This document shows, in pieces, positions 1 to 9,465 of a stretch of 64,000 nucleotides of DNA. The first letter of the stretch is position 1. Each line of letters begins with the position of its first letter. Location of the stretch: the IMG/VR virus record IMGVR_UViG_3300045988_126619, positions 95,469 to 159,468 of that record; one strand, 5' to 3'. The notes under the pieces are model-generated. The model was not told the origin of the DNA and made no database searches. It saw nothing but the letters and a program-made list of their open reading frames with translations. Source of the stretch: a virus. Made by a program: the position numbers and the translations under genes.

Positions 1-16
1 AAATTTAAAAGATTTA

Positions 17-382
17 ATGATTAGCATTTCAGAGTTTAAAGTTCAAATGTCTGAAATTATCAAGAACAAAGTAACAAAAGTTATAGTTAAAAATAACGAG
101 CCAGTTGCTGTTATTATGCCGTATGCTGAATACATAGAAAGGGCAAAAGATTCGGAGAGAATAGAACAAATAGGGCAAGATATAACTTTACAAAATGGGG
201 TTCAAATGATGGTGACTGTTTCAAAAGAAAAAGATGACTCACTATGTATCAAAACATATGTAAAGATGAAGACAACAGGGGATTACAAACTTCATTTTAC
301 ACACCATATAGGGATGCCAACAATTGAATCGACTATGACTACAAAAGAAATAATAGAGTTTTATGAAAGGAATGATAATTAG
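17..382 (+). CDS. Phd/YefM-like antitoxin-domain protein
   Basis: 121 aa. The N-terminus ISISEFKVQMSEIIKNKVTKVIVKNNEPVAVIMPYAEYIER fits the Phd/YefM antitoxin pattern. The C-terminal half is unrecognised. Stop TAG 380-382 overlaps or abuts the next ORF. Confidence 0.5.
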   Translation: MISISEFKVQMSEIIKNKVTKVIVKNNEPVAVIMPYAEYIERAKDSERIEQIGQDITLQNGVQMMVTVSKEKDDSLCIKTYVKMKTTGDYKLHFTHHIGMPTIESTMTTKEIIEFYERNDN

Positions 383-1055
383 TATGTTGACAAATGAACA
401 AATATTTTTACTAAAAAAACATAATATAAATCCTTCTAATGTTTTAAAAAACGATAATTTTTTATATAAATACACATATGTTGATATGGGTGGGTTATTG
501 ATATTAGATTTAATTGATATTGACGAACAATATTTTGAAATGATGAAGATAGAAAAAAATATAAAACAAAGAAAATTATATATAGAAAAAGCTTTAAAAA
601 TGGAAGATTTTTCTAAAATATTATTTTTAATGGATAAACCATATCGATTAGAAGTTTATAAACAGATATTTGAAGAGATTCCGAACGAGGATAAATATAA
701 AATCTTTATTGATTTATATGTAAATGCAGAATATGGCTTTAGCAATATTTCTGAGAGTTTTTTAAATGAAATTTTAAAATATAAACCAAAAATAGATTTA
801 AGTGATTTAGATGATGAAATAATAATTTATAGAGGAGAAGGACTTAAATCTAATAAAAAAGAAAAGGCTTTGTCTTGGACTACAGATATAAAAGTTGCTA
901 GATTTTTTGCTAATAGATTTAATAACAATGGCAGAGTTTATAAGGGAAAAGTTAAAAAAGAAAATATAATCGATTTTTTAAGAGATAGGAGTGAAAGTGA
1001 GATTTTAGTACAATATAAATATATATATGATGTGAGAAGAATAGATAATAAATAA
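363..1055 (+). CDS. ADP-ribosyltransferase-domain protein (R-S-ExE type)
   Basis: 230 aa. The C-terminal ~90 aa carry the ordered ART triad IIIYRGEG (Arg), ALSWTTD (S-x-T) and RSESEILV (E-x-E) with usual spacing. The start is ambiguous (ATG 363, 372 or 384). Confidence 0.5.
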   Translation: MKGMIISMLTNEQIFLLKKHNINPSNVLKNDNFLYKYTYVDMGGLLILDLIDIDEQYFEMMKIEKNIKQRKLYIEKALKMEDFSKILFLMDKPYRLEVYKQIFEEIPNEDKYKIFIDLYVNAEYGFSNISESFLNEILKYKPKIDLSDLDDEIIIYRGEGLKSNKKEKALSWTTDIKVARFFANRFNNNGRVYKGKVKKENIIDFLRDRSESEILVQYKYIYDVRRIDNK

Positions 1056-1167
1056 GTTAGACATCAGAGAGAATGATTATGTTTACAAAAATTGAAAAAT
1101 AATTTAAAGGAAAACTCAAATCAAATATAGAATGATTAATTATGAATAAAAGAAAGAGGGTATTGAG

Positions 1168-1665
1168 GTGTTTAATCAAACAATAATTAATGTGTTAGAA
1201 TCTTTAATAAAAGAAGGGTATTATTTAAATTTAGATGCAACCGATAGATGTATTACAGTAAATGCTACCAACAACTGGAACAAAAAGACATATAAATTAG
1301 TTTTTAATATGAGTGTTACAGTAGAGGGGGGCAATATTTTAAATGAAAACATAGCAGTTGTTAGTAAATTTGTACCTATTACAGACAAAGAAAAGATAGC
1401 AGAAAATTGGTGGATAACACATTGTGCTTCATTGAAAGAAAATAGAGATTTATATAATTTTGAATATGATTATGAATGGGATTTAGATAATTGTAGTTTA
1501 ATTCTAAAATATTTAGTTCATGAATGGAGAGATATGGATGATGAAAAATTTTTTGATGACGAAGATGATATAATTTATAGAGATAGTGAAACAATCAATG
1601 TTAAAGAAATATTGTATATATTAAAAAATAATTTTGGTATAAAACAATTACAATTTATTAAATAA
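1168..1665 (+). CDS. hypothetical protein
   Basis: 165 aa, with a GTG start 8 nt after AGAGGG. No motif recognised. Confidence 0.45.
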   Translation: MFNQTIINVLESLIKEGYYLNLDATDRCITVNATNNWNKKTYKLVFNMSVTVEGGNILNENIAVVSKFVPITDKEKIAENWWITHCASLKENRDLYNFEYDYEWDLDNCSLILKYLVHEWRDMDDEKFFDDEDDIIYRDSETINVKEILYILKNNFGIKQLQFIK

Positions 1666-1700
1666 ACAAAGATTCAATAAATGATATATGGAGGTTTATT

Positions 1701-2513
1701 ATGAAACAATATTTTAAAACATTAGAAGAATTAAAAAGCTTTACAAGTATAGATTTGTCTTCTAAATCATCACAAGACATTGTGGAGTATGTAAGCAACT
1801 ATAAAGAAAATAATGAAGATTTAGGGATAGAATTTCCAATAAAGGAAGGATTCTTGATTAGAAAAGTATCTAATGATGATGATGATATAAAAGATGACAT
1901 TTTTCAAAATCTTTTGGAATATTATTATTTTAAAATAGAAAAGAATGATGACAGTATTGTTTTTCATATTGAAACTTATTATGATGTTACAATGATGGGG
2001 AAAAAAGTTTTTGTTGGAGAAAGTGCTACTAAATTTATAATAGGAGAAAATACAGATATATCAAATAATTCCATTATACCTTTAGATTATATTGATAGAA
2101 GTGAAGGAAAATTTAATGCAGTATTACAGGCTTTTAGAAACAATAAAATAGACAAAAAAACGAGAATAAATAACATAGGATATGTCATAACTGGTTTATT
2201 GTATATAAATTGTATAAGAAAAAATAGAGATACTATATATAAAAAAACAAAAGGTATGCGTTTTAAATCGTCTAATAATAAATCAAAGACTTCACAAACA
2301 GAAAAAGTAGAAATATTAAATAATGACAAAGTTATGTATGTAATCAATGGAGAGAAGAAGAAAATCGACAGTTTTAGAACTTATGAGAGAAAAACTGATA
2401 GTTGGAATGTTATGGGTCATTTTAGACATTATAAAAGTGGTTTAATAAAATGGATTGAAGGCTATAAAAAAGGGATAGGAAAAAGTAAAGCCAAACATTA
2501 TAAAGTTAAATAA
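1701..2513 (+). CDS. hypothetical protein, lysine-rich C-terminus
   Basis: 270 aa with a GGAGG SD upstream. No motif recognised. Confidence 0.5.
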   Translation: MKQYFKTLEELKSFTSIDLSSKSSQDIVEYVSNYKENNEDLGIEFPIKEGFLIRKVSNDDDDIKDDIFQNLLEYYYFKIEKNDDSIVFHIETYYDVTMMGKKVFVGESATKFIIGENTDISNNSIIPLDYIDRSEGKFNAVLQAFRNNKIDKKTRINNIGYVITGLLYINCIRKNRDTIYKKTKGMRFKSSNNKSKTSQTEKVEILNNDKVMYVINGEKKKIDSFRTYERKTDSWNVMGHFRHYKSGLIKWIEGYKKGIGKSKAKHYKVK

Positions 2514-2650
2514 CAGAATAAATAAAAATGTAAGTTTAAAAGGAAAAATGCAGAAATTATAAATATATAAAAAATTACTTCGGTTGAATTTAGTCAAGAT
2601 TAATATTAGTATAAATTTAACCTTTTAAATGAATAGGAGTGTGTAAAAAT

Positions 2651-2833
2651 ATGGCAAAAAAGAAAAGATATACATTAAAAGAGGTTTATAAACTAATGGA
2701 AGAAAAATTAGGAGAAACAATTTATATATGTGAAACAAACAATTATTCTGAACCAATGATGAGATATAGAGTTGATGGAATGTATCATCAAACTTTAGTT
2801 GAAATTGTTGATAGATTTCATTTAGACGATTAA
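2651..2833 (+). CDS. hypothetical small protein
   Basis: 60 aa from ATG 2651, with AGGAG at 2635-2639. The track's GTG 2639 overlaps the SD, so I rejected it. Confidence 0.4.
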   Translation: MAKKKRYTLKEVYKLMEEKLGETIYICETNNYSEPMMRYRVDGMYHQTLVEIVDRFHLDD

Positions 2834-3275
2834 AATAATATATATATATATATTAATAACCTCCAAAATTTTAATAGGTATGTGCATCTTATAACCAAAT
2901 AAAAACAATATTTAATAAGTAAATAAGTTGCAGAAAGGGTAAAGTTAAATGGATAGAATAGAAATTCAAAATAAAATTAGTGAATTAATTGATGAAGCAG
3001 TAAATTCGCTAAATAATGACGAAATGAAATTATTCGTAAACAGAATGGAAGAAATGATTAAGGATATTGATTATTACGATTAGTTCGTAACACTTTAAGA
3101 TTGTGGAACAAGACTTAGAAAATTGGGATAACAAACCTATTCAATGGAATTATAGATATAAAATAACGATTTTAAAGGAGAAATAAAAGTATGAAAGATT
3201 GTAAATTTAATAGTTTATTTGAAAATGGAATAGAAAAAGAATTTATAACAGTATAAACACGGGGGATTTTAGATT

Positions 3276-3653
3276 ATGAAATATGGAATAATATTTAATA
3301 TAGAAAAAAATAACTATTCACTAATAAATATTCATACTAATGAAGTAATAGCAACTGTAGGAGATATCTACAAAGACTTATTCAACACAGAAAGAAAAAG
3401 AGAAATGGGAGATATACAGAGAATATTAAAAAAATTAGAGTGTGAAGATTTTGTTAAAAAATGTATAGAAAGAAAAACTGTTTTTAAATTTAAATATAAT
3501 AACTACAGATTTGTAATAGGGGGTATTGCTTGTAGTGGGCAATGGTACACTACGTGTTTAGATTACGTTAATCATTCCGTAGCAGTTTGTACACAATATC
3601 ATGAAATAACAAAAAATCCTTTAGAAATTGGGGATATATTAATAGATAATTAG
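3276..3653 (+). CDS. hypothetical protein
   Basis: 125 aa with a GGGGGA SD. No motif recognised. Confidence 0.45.
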   Translation: MKYGIIFNIEKNNYSLINIHTNEVIATVGDIYKDLFNTERKREMGDIQRILKKLECEDFVKKCIERKTVFKFKYNNYRFVIGGIACSGQWYTTCLDYVNHSVAVCTQYHEITKNPLEIGDILIDN

Positions 3654-3736
3654 ATATTAATTAATAGGGGAACTGGCTATTTTGGCATTAAAAATGCTAG
3701 AGTAAATTAATTTTATTTAAGGAGTTATAGTTATAT

Positions 3737-4237
3737 ATGAATAAAACACAGATAATAAAAATTGCTCCAAAAGGCAATATAACTTTAGATTTAATACAGG
3801 TTGATAACATCCAATATGATTTGAATTGCGAAGACGAAGATGGTGATATATTTACATTAGGTGTAATTAAAGTATATAAAGATAAATTAAGCAAAGATAG
3901 TTTTTCATCTCAATCAGATTTGGATATATTTGAAACATTCAGAAAAACTAAAGGTAAAAAGAGAATTTTTTTAGATATAATAAAGGTGTCAAGCGTTTTT
4001 AAAAATCAAGGTTTGGGAACTTATATGATTGAAGAGATGTGTAGTAGAATGAAGAATAATGGCTATGAATCCATATGTCTGAAAGCCCATCCTTTAGTAA
4101 TATGGAAATATGGTATTTCGTCAAATAAAAATAAAAGTGAAATAAGAAAAGAAAAAGAATTAATACAAAGATTTTATTTAAAAAATGGTTTTAATTTTTG
4201 TAAAAAAGGTGTAGATTATATGTATAAAGACTTATAA
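3737..4237 (+). CDS. GNAT-family N-acetyltransferase
   Basis: 166 aa. It has the acetyl-CoA motif A FKNQGLGTYMIEEM (Q-x-x-G-x-G) and a C-terminal YLKNGF. AAGGAG SD. Confidence 0.55.
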   Translation: MNKTQIIKIAPKGNITLDLIQVDNIQYDLNCEDEDGDIFTLGVIKVYKDKLSKDSFSSQSDLDIFETFRKTKGKKRIFLDIIKVSSVFKNQGLGTYMIEEMCSRMKNNGYESICLKAHPLVIWKYGISSNKNKSEIRKEKELIQRFYLKNGFNFCKKGVDYMYKDL

Positions 4238-4364
4238 AAAGGATGGAATTAAATATGGAAATTAAAGATATTGGTACGATATTTCTTGATGTAACAAAAA
4301 ATCAACAGGGTTTTATAAATTTAATAACAAGTTTTCATAACAGATTAACATAAAAGGGGGAACT

Positions 4365-4589
4365 ATGAATATTAATGAATTTATAGAGAAAATAGTACAA
4401 TACGAAAAGGAATATGAAATAATTATAACAACGAATGAAAGTACCTATTTTATTACCTATAATGACGAGAATTATAAATGTAATGATTTAGGGAATATAA
4501 CATATATGGATTTAGATATGTTAGCATTTGATTTATTTAAAAAAATAGCTAATCGTAATGAAATTATAATTGAAATATTAAATGAGTGA
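4365..4589 (+). CDS. hypothetical protein
   Basis: 74 aa with an AAGGGGG SD. No motif recognised. Confidence 0.4.
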   Translation: MNINEFIEKIVQYEKEYEIIITTNESTYFITYNDENYKCNDLGNITYMDLDMLAFDLFKKIANRNEIIIEILNE

Positions 4590-4604
4590 TACGAGGATAT
4601 ATAT

Positions 4605-4922
4605 ATGACACAATTTAAATCTCAAGAAGATTATATTAAAGAAATAGCCGAAAAGATTAATAACGGAAAAAGATACGAAATTGAAAATCCAACACTAGAA
4701 GATATATTAAAATTAAATGATTATGATTATATAATCACAGAAGGGTTTTATTTTCCTTTAATGATAAGAAAAAGATACAAGATAGATACAGTATTGAACA
4801 TTCCAACTGTATTTTGGTATGATGGATATGAAATAGGTGATACTATTATGGGAATGATACCTCATACCTTTACAGCAGAAGAAATATTGGGAGAAATTAA
4901 AGGATTTAAGGGAACAGAGTGA
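4605..4922 (+). CDS. hypothetical protein
   Basis: 105 aa with a GAGGA SD. No motif recognised. Confidence 0.4.
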   Translation: MTQFKSQEDYIKEIAEKINNGKRYEIENPTLEDILKLNDYDYIITEGFYFPLMIRKRYKIDTVLNIPTVFWYDGYEIGDTIMGMIPHTFTAEEILGEIKGFKGTE

Positions 4923-5019
4923 AATAAGTTATGTTTATGTTAGTTGAGCATTGCATAAGACAAACAATTGTGATAATGTATAATCAATACTATAAAATAT
5001 TTAAATAAGGAAGAAATGG

Positions 5020-5280
5020 GTGATTTTATTGAAATGGAACGAGGTTAGAAAAACTTATCCTAATAAATTTATAGTCTTTCAAAGCTTGAATCAACATGAA
5101 AAACATAACATTTTAACGGTAACTGATGTAGCAGTAATAGAAGTCTTTGATAACCTTGAAGAATCATTTAAGTATTATTCTAAACTTCACCAAGCAGACA
5201 AGAAGAAACCGTTAAATATAGGTGATACCAAAAAGGAAAAATTGACATACAATGTTAAAAGGCTTGGTGTACTTAGATGA
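5020..5280 (+). CDS. hypothetical protein, translationally coupled to the downstream protease
   Basis: 86 aa, with a GTG start 5 nt after AAGGAAG. Its stop overlaps the next start (ATGA at 5277-5280). Confidence 0.45.
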   Translation: MILLKWNEVRKTYPNKFIVFQSLNQHEKHNILTVTDVAVIEVFDNLEESFKYYSKLHQADKKKPLNIGDTKKEKLTYNVKRLGVLR

Positions 5281-5654
5281 TAAAATTAAGACAAAAAAAT
5301 AAATTATTACTTTGTGAATTAGAATTGACAATTAATGAACAAATCTTAACTCTTAAAAATGTATTAGTCGATACTGGTTCAGCAACTACTTTAATTAATA
5401 GTGATTATGTAAAAGTTGATGGTACAGAAATGATTGATACAATATATGGAGTAGGTGGTTACGAAACTATATTAACTAAACGTGTAGACATATTGAAAAT
5501 AAATGAATATATAATTGAAAATTTTCAAATAGATTTAGGTAAAATGGATTTTGGTATAGAACTAGATGGGATATTAGGACTAGACGTTTTAACTATTTTA
5601 GGAGCAAATATTAATATTAAAGATTCTATTTTGAGTTTTGATTGTCAAAAGTAG
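5277..5654 (+). CDS. retropepsin-like (clan AA) aspartic protease
   Basis: 125 aa. It has the VLVDTGSATTLI D-T-G-S/A signature and a later LDGILGLDVL element, both typical of single-domain retropepsin-like proteases. Confidence 0.55.
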   Translation: MIKLRQKNKLLLCELELTINEQILTLKNVLVDTGSATTLINSDYVKVDGTEMIDTIYGVGGYETILTKRVDILKINEYIIENFQIDLGKMDFGIELDGILGLDVLTILGANINIKDSILSFDCQK

Positions 5655-5718
5655 AAGTAATATAATGACAATTAAACAGTAGTAAAATAATTTATTGCTG
5701 TTTAATTTTTAAAAACTA

Positions 5719-5747
5719 TTGACATAAAATAAACAATAGTATATAAT
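5719..5747 (+). promoter_or_regulatory. sigma-A-type promoter with the conserved element as spacer
   Basis: TTGACA at 5719-5724, 17-nt spacer TAAAATAAACAATAGTA, TATAAT at 5742-5747. Confidence 0.7.
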
Positions 5748-5779
5748 TAATATATAGTTAAAGTTAAGGGGGAATATAA

Positions 5780-6022
5780 ATGAAAAAATATGAATGTGTT
5801 AAAGCATTTTTAGTTCCATTATGTGATGATGATGGTTTCATTATAGAGAATGAAGACAAATATATAGAAGAAGGTTCTATATGGAGTACACCAAAAGATG
5901 AAAATTATAGATTGATAGGAGCAGAAGTTAGACTTGAAAAAAGTGATTGTGAACGGTTAGAATGGTTAGAAATAACTCAAGAAGATTTAGAAGACAAATT
6001 TAGATTGATAGAAGGTGTGTAA
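5780..6022 (+). CDS. hypothetical protein
   Basis: 80 aa with an AAGGGGGA SD. It lies downstream of the promoter at 5719-5747. Confidence 0.45.
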   Translation: MKKYECVKAFLVPLCDDDGFIIENEDKYIEEGSIWSTPKDENYRLIGAEVRLEKSDCERLEWLEITQEDLEDKFRLIEGV

Positions 6023-6023
6023 A

Positions 6024-7457
6024 ATGATAGATAAAGAATTAAATAAAAATATGGAAGTATTAAATATGTTGAGAAAAAGGATTATTATTTTGCCAGAAGT
6101 AAGGCTTATATTAGATAAACTTCACATAAATAATCATAAGGCTTATATTGTGGGAGGTTATGTTAGAGATTCATTGTTAAAGAATCGTATGCCACATGAT
6201 TGTGATATATGCACGTCTGCTACACCACAAGAAATTATGGATATATTTAAAAATTATAAAATAATTCCTACAGGTTTACAACATGGGACAGTAACTATTT
6301 GTATGAAATGGGGCGATTATGAAGTAACTACATTTAGAAAAGATGGGGAATATTTAGATGGTAGACACCCACAAACAATTGATTTTGTTAATGATTTAAA
6401 AGAAGATTTGAGCAGAAGGGATTTTACGATTAATGCGTTAGCTTATAATGAAGAAGAAGGATTAATTGATTATTTTGGAGGAAAGGAAGACCTTGAGAAT
6501 AAAATCATAAGATGTGTAGGAGATGCTGAAAAAAGATTTAAAGAAGATGGATTGAGAATATTAAGAGCATACAGATTCTCTGCACAATTAGGATTTACTA
6601 TAGAATATAATACAAGTAGTATATTAGCATATAAAGGTGTAAAAACAAATATAGATAACGTATCAAGAGAAAGAATAAGAGAAGAATTAAACAAAATTAT
6701 ATTATCTGATAATTCAAGAGAAGTATTGCTTAATATGGTTGATGATGGAATATGTAAAAGTATATTTGGGGATTTTACATTTGAAGATATGATGTTTTTT
6801 AATCAGAATAATCCTTATCACAATAGAACATTACTCAATCATACACTAACTGCCATGACTATTGCTCCACCAATTTTAGAAGTTAGATTGGCATTATTAT
6901 TTCATGATATAGGTAAATTACAAACACAAGCAACTGATGATAAAGGCATTTCTCACTATTATAATCATTCAAAAGTATCAGCAGAATTAGCTTTAAAGTA
7001 TTTAAAAGGATTAAAATATGATAATAAAACAATAGATATGGTTGTTACATTGATTGCAAACCATGATTTTACATTTGATAATTATGATTATATAATTAAG
7101 AAACAATTGAAGAAGCTTCTTAATAAACATGGGGAAGAAATTGTTAAGAATTTAATAATAATTAGAAAATGTGATATATTAGCACAATCAGAAAAGTATT
7201 ATTATGACCGATTAGAAAAAATTTATAAAGTTGAACGTTTACTAAATGATGTTTTAGAAGACCAAGAATGTTTTCAAATTAAAGATTTGGCTATAAACGG
7301 AAATGATTTAATTACAATAGGTTATGAGCAAGGTGTAGAACTTGGGAAAACTTTAAAATATATTGTAGACCTTGTTATAGAAGAACATTTGAATAATGAC
7401 AAAGAAGAATTATTAGAATATGCAAAATTTTTATTAAAAACACTTGACACAAAATAA
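6024..7457 (+). CDS. cca: CCA-adding enzyme (tRNA nucleotidyltransferase) with HD domain
   Basis: Contains the class II nucleotidyltransferase head motifs GGYVRDSLL, DCDI and RRDFTINAL, plus the HD motif LLFHDIGK. I prefer start ATG 6024 (GAAGGTG SD) over the track's GTG 6015. Confidence 0.8.
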   Translation: MIDKELNKNMEVLNMLRKRIIILPEVRLILDKLHINNHKAYIVGGYVRDSLLKNRMPHDCDICTSATPQEIMDIFKNYKIIPTGLQHGTVTICMKWGDYEVTTFRKDGEYLDGRHPQTIDFVNDLKEDLSRRDFTINALAYNEEEGLIDYFGGKEDLENKIIRCVGDAEKRFKEDGLRILRAYRFSAQLGFTIEYNTSSILAYKGVKTNIDNVSRERIREELNKIILSDNSREVLLNMVDDGICKSIFGDFTFEDMMFFNQNNPYHNRTLLNHTLTAMTIAPPILEVRLALLFHDIGKLQTQATDDKGISHYYNHSKVSAELALKYLKGLKYDNKTIDMVVTLIANHDFTFDNYDYIIKKQLKKLLNKHGEEIVKNLIIIRKCDILAQSEKYYYDRLEKIYKVERLLNDVLEDQECFQIKDLAINGNDLITIGYEQGVELGKTLKYIVDLVIEEHLNNDKEELLEYAKFLLKTLDTK

Positions 7458-7472
7458 ATGATAGTATATACT
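7444..7472 (+). promoter_or_regulatory. sigma-A-type promoter with the conserved element as spacer
   Basis: TTGACA at 7444-7449, 17-nt spacer CAAAATAAATGATAGTA, TATACT at 7467-7472. The cca stop codon (7455-7457) lies inside it. Confidence 0.65.
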
Positions 7473-7506
7473 ATTAGTATAGTAAACAAAAGAAAGGATT
7501 GATTGA

Positions 7507-8043
7507 ATGAAAGAAAGACAAATATTATATTTTATTGTAAGTAAGAGTGGGACAGGAAAAGATTATATTACTGATAAATTATGTAAGGAATTTGGAAAGA
7601 GTAAAGTAATATCTGCAACAACTAGAAGTCCAAGAAAAGGAGAAAAAGATACTCATAGATTTGTTTCTAATGAAGTAGCCGACAGAGAATTTGATAAAGC
7701 ATTAGGAAAAACAGTATTTAATGGAAACAGATATTATACAACATTAGATGACGTAAAAGATAAAGATTTTTATATCATTGACCAAAAAGGTGTAGAAACT
7801 TTTGACTATAGTAAATTAAGGGAAGAATTAAATACAGAGGTTCATGTGATTTATGTGAAATCTAAATGGTATGTAAGGGCGTATCATATGTTAAAACGTG
7901 GAGATAGTATTAAATCAATTATAAACAGATTGAGAAATGATAAACAATGTTTTGACGATAAATATTTAGAAAATATTGCTACAGTAACATTAAATGGTAG
8001 TGATGAATTATATCAATATTTTAAAGATAAGTACACAAAATAA
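7507..8043 (+). CDS. guanylate-kinase-like nucleoside monophosphate kinase
   Basis: 178 aa. It has the P-loop SKSGTGKDY and the signature TTRSPRKGEKDTHRFVS, similar to the Gmk TTRxPRxGE motif. Confidence 0.6.
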   Translation: MKERQILYFIVSKSGTGKDYITDKLCKEFGKSKVISATTRSPRKGEKDTHRFVSNEVADREFDKALGKTVFNGNRYYTTLDDVKDKDFYIIDQKGVETFDYSKLREELNTEVHVIYVKSKWYVRAYHMLKRGDSIKSIINRLRNDKQCFDDKYLENIATVTLNGSDELYQYFKDKYTK

Positions 8044-8068
8044 TAAATATATCATGGAGGAGTTTATT

Positions 8069-8341
8069 ATGAATTTAAAGGGGATTAAAGAACAGTCTAT
8101 AGAAATAATAAATACAGAAGTTACTGCGTATATAAAAACAGATAATAAAGAAGGGTTTTTATCTATAATGTTTGCACTAGGAGAAACAATTATATTATTA
8201 CACGACAATATTAGTCAAGCTGGTATGTGTGGTTCAAAGGAACAAATATTAGAACTGCTTAATGAAGAAAATTTTAAATATAATGAAATAACTTTTATTG
8301 CAAAAACAACAAAGTCTATTTCAGAATATACGGTAATATAA
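8069..8341 (+). CDS. hypothetical protein
   Basis: 90 aa from ATG 8069, with GGAGG at 8056-8060. The track's upstream extension overlaps the previous gene. Confidence 0.4.
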   Translation: MNLKGIKEQSIEIINTEVTAYIKTDNKEGFLSIMFALGETIILLHDNISQAGMCGSKEQILELLNEENFKYNEITFIAKTTKSISEYTVI

Positions 8342-8355
8342 AGGGGGAGTAAATT

Positions 8356-8787
8356 ATGAAAGACATAAAGGTAAAAGAATTTTATACTCAAGATGATTTT
8401 GATGGATTTGTAAGGATTGCACAAGCAGGAAATCTTAATTGTATGAATGAAGAACAATTTGAAAAATTAAGAGAAAACTATAATCCAAGCTATGATTTTG
8501 ATAAAGATATGGATGGATTTAAGAAATCATCATTTGTATTTGTAGAAAAACGAACATCTTTACATTTAATGATTTTTAATATAGTTTTAGTTTTTATTAC
8601 ATCTTTATTAAGTGGATATATGGCGGGAGAAATATATAGAGCAGGTATTTATTTATTATTACCATTTGTTATATGTGGAGTGTTATTTGTAATTCACCTA
8701 TTAAAAGAGTTTGAAACATTTTATTATATGTATTTTTGTGCTAAAGAAATTGAAAAAGTAATAAAAGAAATTAAGGGGAAAGAATAA
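8356..8787 (+). CDS. membrane protein (two predicted TM helices)
   Basis: 143 aa with an AAGGGGGAG SD. It has hydrophobic stretches LHLMIFNIVLVFITSLLSGY and IYLLLPFVICGVLFVIHLL. Confidence 0.45.
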   Translation: MKDIKVKEFYTQDDFDGFVRIAQAGNLNCMNEEQFEKLRENYNPSYDFDKDMDGFKKSSFVFVEKRTSLHLMIFNIVLVFITSLLSGYMAGEIYRAGIYLLLPFVICGVLFVIHLLKEFETFYYMYFCAKEIEKVIKEIKGKE

Positions 8788-8789
8788 TT

Positions 8790-9449
8790 ATGGCAAAATA
8801 TGTAATGAGTGATATACATGGAATGTACGACAAATATATTGAAATGCTTAAAAAGATTGGTTTTTCTAGTGATGATACTTTATATATATTAGGGGATATT
8901 ATCGACAGAGGTGCTGATTCTATGGAGATATATAAGCACATAATATCTAACGATAATATAACATTATTAAAGGGAAATCATGAATGGTTGTTTGAAGATT
9001 TTTGTAACGATAGTGTTGATTTTGCTTATTCTAACTGGAGATTCAATGGTGGGAGTGCCACTAAGAAAAGTATGTATAAAAATAAAGTTATGTATAAAGA
9101 GTTTTTACAATTTGTAAAAAAACTACCTACAATAATGGTGGTAGATGGGTTTATATTAGCACACGCAAGTATATATACAAACCCACCTTATACAGACCAT
9201 ATGGACTTAGATATGTTATTAGAAATACAAAACGAAGAACAATTATTATGGGATAGAAATGATATTGGTGAAGCAGAATATAAGGATTATCAATTTATAT
9301 TTGGGCATACACCGACCGAAACCATAGAAAAAGATAGAAATACTATTCTACACATTAATAATTCTTATTATATTGATTGTGGAGCGTGTTTTCAAGGTGG
9401 ACAATTAGCTTGTCTTAGACTGGATGATTTAAAAGAATTTTATGTATAA
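8790..9449 (+). CDS. metallophosphoesterase (lambda-phosphatase/ApaH/PrpE type)
   Basis: 219 aa with the ordered motifs SDIHG, GDIIDRG, GNHE and FGHTP. Confidence 0.7.
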   Translation: MAKYVMSDIHGMYDKYIEMLKKIGFSSDDTLYILGDIIDRGADSMEIYKHIISNDNITLLKGNHEWLFEDFCNDSVDFAYSNWRFNGGSATKKSMYKNKVMYKEFLQFVKKLPTIMVVDGFILAHASIYTNPPYTDHMDLDMLLEIQNEEQLLWDRNDIGEAEYKDYQFIFGHTPTETIEKDRNTILHINNSYYIDCGACFQGGQLACLRLDDLKEFYV

Positions 9450-9465
9450 AAATTATTAAAACATA

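Noticed and set aside
2839-2853. An (AT)n microsatellite in the 2834-3275 gap. Short ORFs at 2949-3083 (44 aa) and 3191-3256 (21 aa) were also considered.
   Set aside because: The low-complexity tract is expected in AT-rich DNA. The short ORFs have weak or no SD support and no recognisable motif, so I did not report them as genes.
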